Origin: an uncultured Gemmatimonadales bacterium | GTDB lineage: Bacteria; Gemmatimonadota; Gemmatimonadetes; Gemmatimonadales; GWC2-71-9 | Reading direction: 5' to 3' | Assembly: GCA_963798915.1 (NCBI GenBank) | Contig: CAWCVB010000014.1 | Location: 32,001 to 96,000 of the forward strand | Length of the DNA: 64,000 nt | Part shown: piece after piece, positions 58,245 to 64,000 of the stretch | Layout: each line of letters opens with the position of its first letter | How positions within the stretch are numbered: position 1 is the first letter of the stretch | Translations under genes and position numbers: made by a program | Notes under the pieces: generated by a model | Seen by the model: the letters and a program-made list of their open reading frames with translations, nothing else | What the model was told of the DNA's origin: nothing | The model's database searches: none

Positions 58245-59708
58245 TCAGCTCCCAGGCCGCCAAGCCGGGCTCGTGCCGTTGGCGATGATCCGCCCGCGCT
58301 GGCTTCCGTCGGTGGTGACCCACTCGATCGCATTGGCGGACGCGAACGCGATGATCTGTCCGTCCGGCGACCAAGTCGGATGCGCGTACCCGCTCGTCGT
58401 CGCCAGCCGCATCAGGCCCGAACCGTCCGCGCTCATCACCGCGAGTGCACCGGAGTCGCAGTAGCTCCAGGTTAAGGGGCAGGTCACGAGGGCGATCCGC
58501 CGGCCGTCCGGCGACCAGGCCGGCTGCAATTCGTCGAACGTCGGCTGCGGATCGTGGCTTCGGAGAACCGTGGCCTGGGTCCCGTCCGGAGACACCAGCC
58601 AGATGTCGAGCCAGAAGTCGACCAGGATCCAGTCGCTGCTGAAGGCGATGCGAGTGCCGTCGGGCGACCACGCCGGATGCAGGACTGATACGGTGGTGGT
58701 CAGGACGGTGATCGGGGCAGCGCCGTCGTCGTCGGCGCTCACCTTGCAGACGGCGCCCGCGTCGTGTGCCCCGCAGGAGAACGCCACCCACCGGTCGTCG
58801 GGCGACCACGTGGGACTTCTCCCTGCGCTCACCCGGCGAACCGGATTCGCCCCATCCGCGGTCATGACGTAGATCCCCCCTGCCTCACCGCCGCGCGAGA
58901 ACGCAATCCGGCTGCCGTCGCGGGACCACGCCGGCTCGCTATCCGCGGGACCGGCGGACAACTGGACCAGGCCGGTCCCGTCGGCGTTGGCCCGGTAGAT
59001 CTTCCCGTCGCGGCTGAAGGCAATCTCCCCCGCTTGGGGCGGCGGGATGTACTGTGTGCCCGGTTCCTGGATGTCTACCTGCTCCGTGACCGTCGCGGTG
59101 GCCCCGTGGGTGTCGGTGACGGTGAGTGTCACGGTGAATCGGCCGCCCGGCGCATCGTACGTATGGTACGGGCTCGGCGTGGTGCTGATGTGGCCGTCGC
59201 CGAAGTTCCAGGCCCGCGATACAACCGAATCCCCGGCATCTGGATCCGTGCTCTGATCCGTGAACAAGCACGCCAGGACAGTGCAGCTGACCGAAAAGGC
59301 CGCGGCCGGGGGGAGATCGGCCGGGGGGAGATCGGCCGGGGGGAGGCTGTCGGCGCTCACCGCCACCTGCCGGGAAAACGTCACTGCCGCGCCATCGTCG
59401 TCGGTTACGGCTACGGTCACCTTGAAATCCCCGCCCGGCGCGGCGTAGCTGTGTGTTGGGCTCGCGTCGGTGCTGGTTCTGCCGTCGCCGAAGTCCCAGG
59501 CATAGGTGGCGATGGTGCCGTCTTCGTCGGTGCTGACGTTCTCGAAAGCGCACTGGAGCTGCTCGCAGTGCGCCGTGAACGCGGCGACCGGCGGCGCGTT
59601 CGACTGTTCGGTGCCGGAGACCGGCGGCGCGTTCGACGGTTCGGTGCCGCCGCAGGCGGCGGTGGTCGCGACGGCCGTCATCATGGCGAAGGTGCGAATG
59701 CGGTTCAT
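58245..59708 (-). CDS. lipoprotein with two PKD domains and a TolB-like (PD40) propeller
   Basis: TAAC lipobox; WDFGDG/WNFGDG; repeated P.WSPDG. Confidence 0.88.
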   Translation of the reverse strand: MNRIRTFAMMTAVATTAACGGTEPSNAPPVSGTEQSNAPPVAAFTAHCEQLQCAFENVSTDEDGTIATYAWDFGDGRTSTDASPTHSYAAPGGDFKVTVAVTDDDGAAVTFSRQVAVSADSLPPADLPPADLPPAAAFSVSCTVLACLFTDQSTDPDAGDSVVSRAWNFGDGHISTTPSPYHTYDAPGGRFTVTLTVTDTHGATATVTEQVDIQEPGTQYIPPPQAGEIAFSRDGKIYRANADGTGLVQLSAGPADSEPAWSRDGSRIAFSRGGEAGGIYVMTADGANPVRRVSAGRSPTWSPDDRWVAFSCGAHDAGAVCKVSADDDGAAPITVLTTTVSVLHPAWSPDGTRIAFSSDWILVDFWLDIWLVSPDGTQATVLRSHDPQPTFDELQPAWSPDGRRIALVTCPLTWSYCDSGALAVMSADGSGLMRLATTSGYAHPTWSPDGQIIAFASANAIEWVTTDGSQRGRIIANGTSPAWRPGS

Positions 59709-59747
59709 GGGTCGAGTCTCCTGATAGTTGCCCGTGCGCGCGGGCCT

Positions 59748-61277
59748 TCAGCGTCGCCAGCTCGGCGATTGCGCGTTGTTGATGAGGGTGACCTGCCGGC
59801 TCCCGTCGAGTGACACGTACTTGACCGACCGCTGGAAGCAGCCATCGCCCGGGGACTCGCAGCCGAAGAACGAGAAGGCGATGCCGCGCCCATCCGGGGA
59901 CCAGGCCAGCGATCCCACATCCTCGCCGATGGTGATGGGACCGGCCGAGGCGAGGTCCTTCAGGAAGGCGCCGTCTGCAGCCATGACCGCGACCCGCACT
60001 TCCGTGTCACCCCGCGCGATGTTTCCGTGGACGAATGCGATCATGCTGCCGTCGGGCGACCAAGCTGGCTGGAAGGCAACCATGCCATTGGTCAGCCGAG
60101 TTGGACCGGCGCCGTCGGCGTTTACCGTGTAGATGTCCTTGAATCCACCACCGAGCCAGCTGACGAATGCGAGCTTGCGACCATCTGGCGACCAGGACGG
60201 TTGCTCACCGGTCGCGAGGCCCATCGTCGCCCCGTACTGCGGGATGATGAACTCGACGTAGCGGTTTCCGTCCGCCCAGCTTGTGTAGGCGATCGCCGAG
60301 CCGTCGGGAGACCACGCCGGCGAGAGGTTCGTCGGTCCCTGCGTGAGCCACGACACGTTCGCCCCGTCGGCGGTCATGACCCCGATCCTCGCGGCCTCGA
60401 CCTCGCCTACGACTGCATCGCTGGAAAAGGCAATCCGGCTGCCATCGGGTGACCACGCCGGCTGACTCTCAAGGCCCGGGTAGCTCAACCGGTTGAATCC
60501 GCTGCCATCCGCGTTGACGACGGCGATGTCGAGGTAGGGGTCAGCCCATGAGATGAACGCGATCTTCCCCAGGAGATCGCCCGGCGGTGCCGCGGCGAAC
60601 GCCCGGAATACCGCCAGGGCCCCGCCCGACACCGCAGCCACTTGCTGGACACCGGCCTCGGCGCCGAGCGTCCACGTCTCGCCGTGGCCCTGCCGGTGAA
60701 TCGGTGAGGCCGGATCGCCATCGACGGTGCCGCCGCCGGCGATCACCGTGAACACGACCGGAACGCCCGCGACGGGATTGCCGAAGGCGTCGACCGCGGC
60801 GGCGACCAGCGGTTGCTCGAGGACCTGGCTGACACCAGCCAGCTGATTGTTGCCGCTCGAGGGCGTGATCTGCGCGACCGGCCCCGGGGCGGCCACCGCG
60901 GTGAAGACCACGTCGGTGTGGCCGCCTGCGCCCGCCGCCAGCGTCTGCGTGCCCGCTATGGGTCCCAGCGTCCAGTTCGCGAGGGTCGCCGATCCATCTT
61001 CGCCGGTCGTCACTGTACCGCCGTCCACGGTGCCGCCGCCGGTGGCCACCTTGAACGTGATGACGACACTGGCCAGCGGCCGGTCGCGCTCATCCGTGGC
61101 GCGCACCGATGGCGCCGGCTGAACCTCGGCGCCAACCGTGCCTGTGAGCGAGGTGGCCGTGACGGCCGTGACGCGGATCGCCGCCTCAGGCTGAGGCTCG
61201 GTGCTGCCATCACAGCCCTCGAGGCAGGCGGCGAGGACGGTAGCGAGGGCGACGGAAACGAGGCGTGACGGACGCAT
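59748..61277 (-). CDS. lipoprotein with Ig-like (Big_1-type) domains and a TolB-like propeller
   Basis: LAAC lipobox from MRPSRLV; DAFGNPVAGVPVVF, WTLG; repeated WSPDG. Confidence 0.85.
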   Translation of the reverse strand: MRPSRLVSVALATVLAACLEGCDGSTEPQPEAAIRVTAVTATSLTGTVGAEVQPAPSVRATDERDRPLASVVITFKVATGGGTVDGGTVTTGEDGSATLANWTLGPIAGTQTLAAGAGGHTDVVFTAVAAPGPVAQITPSSGNNQLAGVSQVLEQPLVAAAVDAFGNPVAGVPVVFTVIAGGGTVDGDPASPIHRQGHGETWTLGAEAGVQQVAAVSGGALAVFRAFAAAPPGDLLGKIAFISWADPYLDIAVVNADGSGFNRLSYPGLESQPAWSPDGSRIAFSSDAVVGEVEAARIGVMTADGANVSWLTQGPTNLSPAWSPDGSAIAYTSWADGNRYVEFIIPQYGATMGLATGEQPSWSPDGRKLAFVSWLGGGFKDIYTVNADGAGPTRLTNGMVAFQPAWSPDGSMIAFVHGNIARGDTEVRVAVMAADGAFLKDLASAGPITIGEDVGSLAWSPDGRGIAFSFFGCESPGDGCFQRSVKYVSLDGSRQVTLINNAQSPSWRR

Positions 61278-61397
61278 GGGCACCGCTCCGGGCTGGAAGG
61301 CATGCGCGGCGCTGATTAGTCTGGAGGCCGCGATCGCGATAGTGCGGGGCTGGACGGTGTGCCTCTTCGGCAGCATCATCGTCCCCTGCATCAGATC

Positions 61398-61424
61398 ACA
61401 CCGAACCCGCCAAAGAGGGGCCAC
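61398..61424 (-). promoter_or_regulatory. candidate ECF promoter, copy B
   Basis: GTGGCCCC-tctttggcggg-TTCGGTGT on the minus strand. Confidence 0.7.
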
Positions 61425-61441
61425 TGAGGAAGGGAGGGACC

Positions 61442-62035
61442 GTGGACGATCGTGTCTCCACCCTGGTCGACGCCGTCGCGGCCGGCGACCGCGGGGCCCT
61501 GGATGCCCTGTTTCCGCTGGTCTACGAGGAGCTGAGCCGGTTGGCGCACCAGCAGCGCCGGCGGTGGGACGGTGACTTCACCCTGACCACCACCGCGCTG
61601 GTCCACGAGGCGTACCTGAAGCTGGCCGGCCAGCGGCAGCTGCCCGCGGGGAGCCGAGCCCACTTTCTCGCCATCGCCGCCCGGGCGATGCGACACATCC
61701 TGTGCAACTACGCGCGTGACCGCCGGCGCCAGAAGCGCGGTGGCGGCCGGCCGCACCTGCAGCTCGAAGAAGCGGATGCCGCGGATCGGGCGTCGATCGA
61801 GCTGTCAGACGATCAGGCGGACCGTCTGGCCGGGCTCGACGAGGTGCTGCGCCGTTTCGAGGGCATCGCTCCGCGGCAGTGCCAGGTGGTCGAGTGCCGC
61901 TTCTTCGGTGGGATGAGCGTCGAGGAAACCGCCGCCGCCCTCGACGTATCTCCCCGCAGCGTCAAGCGGGACTGGGCTTTCGCGCGAGCCTGGCTGCTCC
62001 GGGAATTGCAGCGTCCCGTGACCGGAGAAGATTGA
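61442..62035 (+). CDS. ECF sigma factor, TIGR02999-type (kinase-associated)
   Basis: LFPLVYEEL, TLTTTALVHEAYLKL, AMRHIL, QKRGG, RFFGG, KRDWAFARAWL. Confidence 0.92.
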   Translation: MDDRVSTLVDAVAAGDRGALDALFPLVYEELSRLAHQQRRRWDGDFTLTTTALVHEAYLKLAGQRQLPAGSRAHFLAIAARAMRHILCNYARDRRRQKRGGGRPHLQLEEADAADRASIELSDDQADRLAGLDEVLRRFEGIAPRQCQVVECRFFGGMSVEETAAALDVSPRSVKRDWAFARAWLLRELQRPVTGED

Positions 62036-62056
62036 GGGGACTTGCGTGCTGGCCCG

Positions 62057-63512
62057 TCAGGGGCGCCACGCCGTCGCGAAGACATTCTGAATCAGGGGAA
62101 CGGGCTGGCTGAGCCTGCCGTCTGCCGGGACCCAGAAGCTGTTGTTTCCCCACCCGAAGGCGATTCTGCTGCCATCGGATGACCACGCCGGTGCGTACGT
62201 ACCACCGACCGTCGTCAGCTGCACCAGGTTCGCCCCGGCCGCACTCACGGCGAATATGTCACACGTGTCTTCGTCGTGGCACTTCGTGAACGCGATCCGC
62301 TGACCGTCCGGCGACCAGCTCGGATGCCCCATGAACCGGTCGCTGTTCAGCGTCCTGACCCCCGACCCGTCCGCAGTCATCACCTTGAGGGAATCGAGGC
62401 TTGGACAGCCCGCGACGATCGCGATCTTCGTCCCGTCCGGCGACCACGCAGGTTCGACTTGTCCGCACGCCTCCGCCAGCAGGACCGGAGGCATCGCATC
62501 CCCGGCATTCAACACGTACACCCCACCGGGTCCCGCGACGGCGAGCCGCTCACCATCGGGCGACCAGGACGGCGCGTGGAATCCGGTGGCGCGGAGCGCG
62601 GCATTGGAGCCGTCGGCATTCATGAGCAAGAGATCGATGTCCTGGTCGTCCCAGTTGTAAATTGTCGCTGCGATCCGCTGGCCGTCCGGGGACCATGCCG
62701 CATCCACTGCGCCCTCAATCAACGGGGTCGTCTCGCCATCGACCAGACTGTTGAGCACGCCTGCACGGTCCACGAAGAGGAGATCCCGCCCGCGGCACGG
62801 GTCTCCGCACGCGAACGCCTGGAAGAGGGTGTCCTTCCCGGCGACCGAAGCCTTCACCACCTGGCCGCCCACGCCGCCGAGGGTCCAGACTCCCGAGCTC
62901 GCGACGCCCAGGGAATCCGTCCTCGAACTGTCGCCGAGGATCGCACCATTCCCCACGACGACCGCATACGTCACCGCCTCCCCGGGGACGGGATTTCGAT
63001 ATTTATCGGTCGCCTTCAGCTTCAACGGTGTCGGGAGCGGCGCCCCCGACCGCAGCGGTCTGATTGTCCCCCGCCACGATCGCGACAGTCACTGGTCGTC
63101 CCGGCTGCGCAACGGCGGTGAAGACCACATCGGCAACGCCATCAGCGCGGGCCGTGAGAGTCTGGGGCCCGGGCACGGTGCCGAGTGTCCATGTTCCTGG
63201 TGATGCGACGCCCGCCGTGTCGGTGCGCTGCGACGTGATTTCGATCGAACCGCCGCCCGATACGATGAACCGCACCTCCCGGCCAGGTGCCGGCGCACCG
63301 TCGCGGGTCGTGAGCCGCACCGTCGGGATGGAGTCGGATTTGGCTCCCACGATGCCGCTGAGACTCGTCGCGGAGTGCGCCTCCAGGCTGAGCCCATTTT
63401 CCACCGGCTCCTCAGGCTGCTGGGGCTCGACCGAGTCGCAGCTGACGAGCACCAGCATGATGCCGCAAACCTGCGCCACCGCCCGCCACGTCAGCCGGTC
63501 GTTTCTGCGCAT
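62057..63512 (-). pseudogene. Ig-like + TolB-like lipoprotein split by one extra G in a G5 run
   Basis: LVSC lipobox ORF (63003-63512) continues as APLPTPLKLKATDKYRNPV if one G is removed at 63043-63047; paralog of 59748-61277. Confidence 0.8.
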
Positions 63513-63611
63513 ACCCCCTCCAAGTGAGTTTCATGAGCGCCCGCCACTGGCACCCTCTTGAGGATTGTCGGCCGCCGCTGTAGCGTCGGACCAGTCCGTT
63601 CACCCCATAAC

Positions 63612-63638
63612 ACACCGAAACCCCTCAACCGGGGCCAC
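63612..63638 (-). promoter_or_regulatory. candidate ECF promoter, copy C
   Basis: GTGGCCCC-ggttgaggggt-TTCGGTGT on the minus strand. Confidence 0.7.
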
Positions 63639-63640
63639 CG

Positions 63641-64000
63641 ATGGAGCCGACACGGGCGGAGCGAGTAGCGGCCCTGTTCGACCGGGCCCTTGACGTGCCG
63701 CGGCGGGAGCGCACGGCGTTCCTGGAGAGCGTGTGTGGCGACGACGACGAGCTGTGGCAGGAGCTGATCTCGCTGCTGGAGGCGCACGAGTCGGCCGACG
63801 AGTTCTTCGACCGTCTGGCGGAGGATGTGATTGCGCCCGCCACCGCGGCCGTTGTCGCACACGGTCGCTCCGACGTCCCGACGGAGCTTGCGTCGGCCCT
63901 CGAGGGTCGCTATCGCATCGAGCGGGAGCTTGGCGGTGGGTCCTTGAGCCGGGTGTTCCTGGCCCAGGAGCTTGGACTCGAGCGGAAAGTCGTGATCAAG
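63641..64000 (+). CDS. Hanks-type Ser/Thr kinase, 3'-partial (not in the ORF track)
   Basis: Manual translation: MEPTRAERVAALFDRALDVP...CGDDDEL...LLEAHE...GRYRIERELGGGSLSRVFLAQELGLERKVVIK. Confidence 0.88.
   Translation, partial: MEPTRAERVAALFDRALDVPRRERTAFLESVCGDDDELWQELISLLEAHESADEFFDRLAEDVIAPATAAVVAHGRSDVPTELASALEGRYRIERELGGGSLSRVFLAQELGLERKVVIK

Noticed and set aside
59098..59124. Fourth ECF promoter copy (GTGGCCCC; also GGGGCCAC near 9643)
   Set aside because: Inside CDSs and lacking TTCGGTGT at the 11-bp spacing.
58245..63025. Genuine tolB genes
   Set aside because: No TolB N-terminal domain and no tol-pal context; only PD40-type repeats.
44162..64000. Prophage, ICE or IS element
   Set aside because: No integrase, transposase, phage or conjugation genes, and no tRNA 3' duplicate seen in the window.

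Overview
High-GC bacterial chromosomal DNA; gene style and content suggest Gemmatimonadota (inference, not verified). About 1-44.2 kb is mostly core genome: a putative phosphate/nucleoside-scavenging block (PAP2, GT4, arsR-phoB-phoR, tandem 5'-nucleotidase, add, nupC, PNP), thiD, trmH-like, pilD, an ABC/HlyD/TetR efflux unit, a small AT-richer insert with a putative JAB/DUF4329-like toxin and partner, ffh-rpsP-rimM-trmD-rplS-rnhB, bioAD, tRNA-Lys, ilvE, two lytic transglycosylases, moaC, holB and tRNA-Asn. After tRNA-Asn is an accessory-looking region with HxlR, FadR and MazEF modules, gene remnants, and an ECF sigma factor plus Ser/Thr kinase interleaved with Ig/PKD + TolB-like lipoproteins and a di-haem cytochrome c. 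Best candidate for an undescribed system: three copies of GTGGCCCC-N11-TTCGGTGT, one ahead of each lipoprotein transcription unit, suggesting a self-contained phosphorylation-activated ECF regulon. Also notable: a BioA homolog lacking its PLP lysine, several short-period repeat/REP families at gene junctions (one translated into two coupled proteins), and a possible rod-shaped ncRNA. Several single-base frameshifts may be sequencing errors. All calls come from reading motifs by eye; no searches were run.
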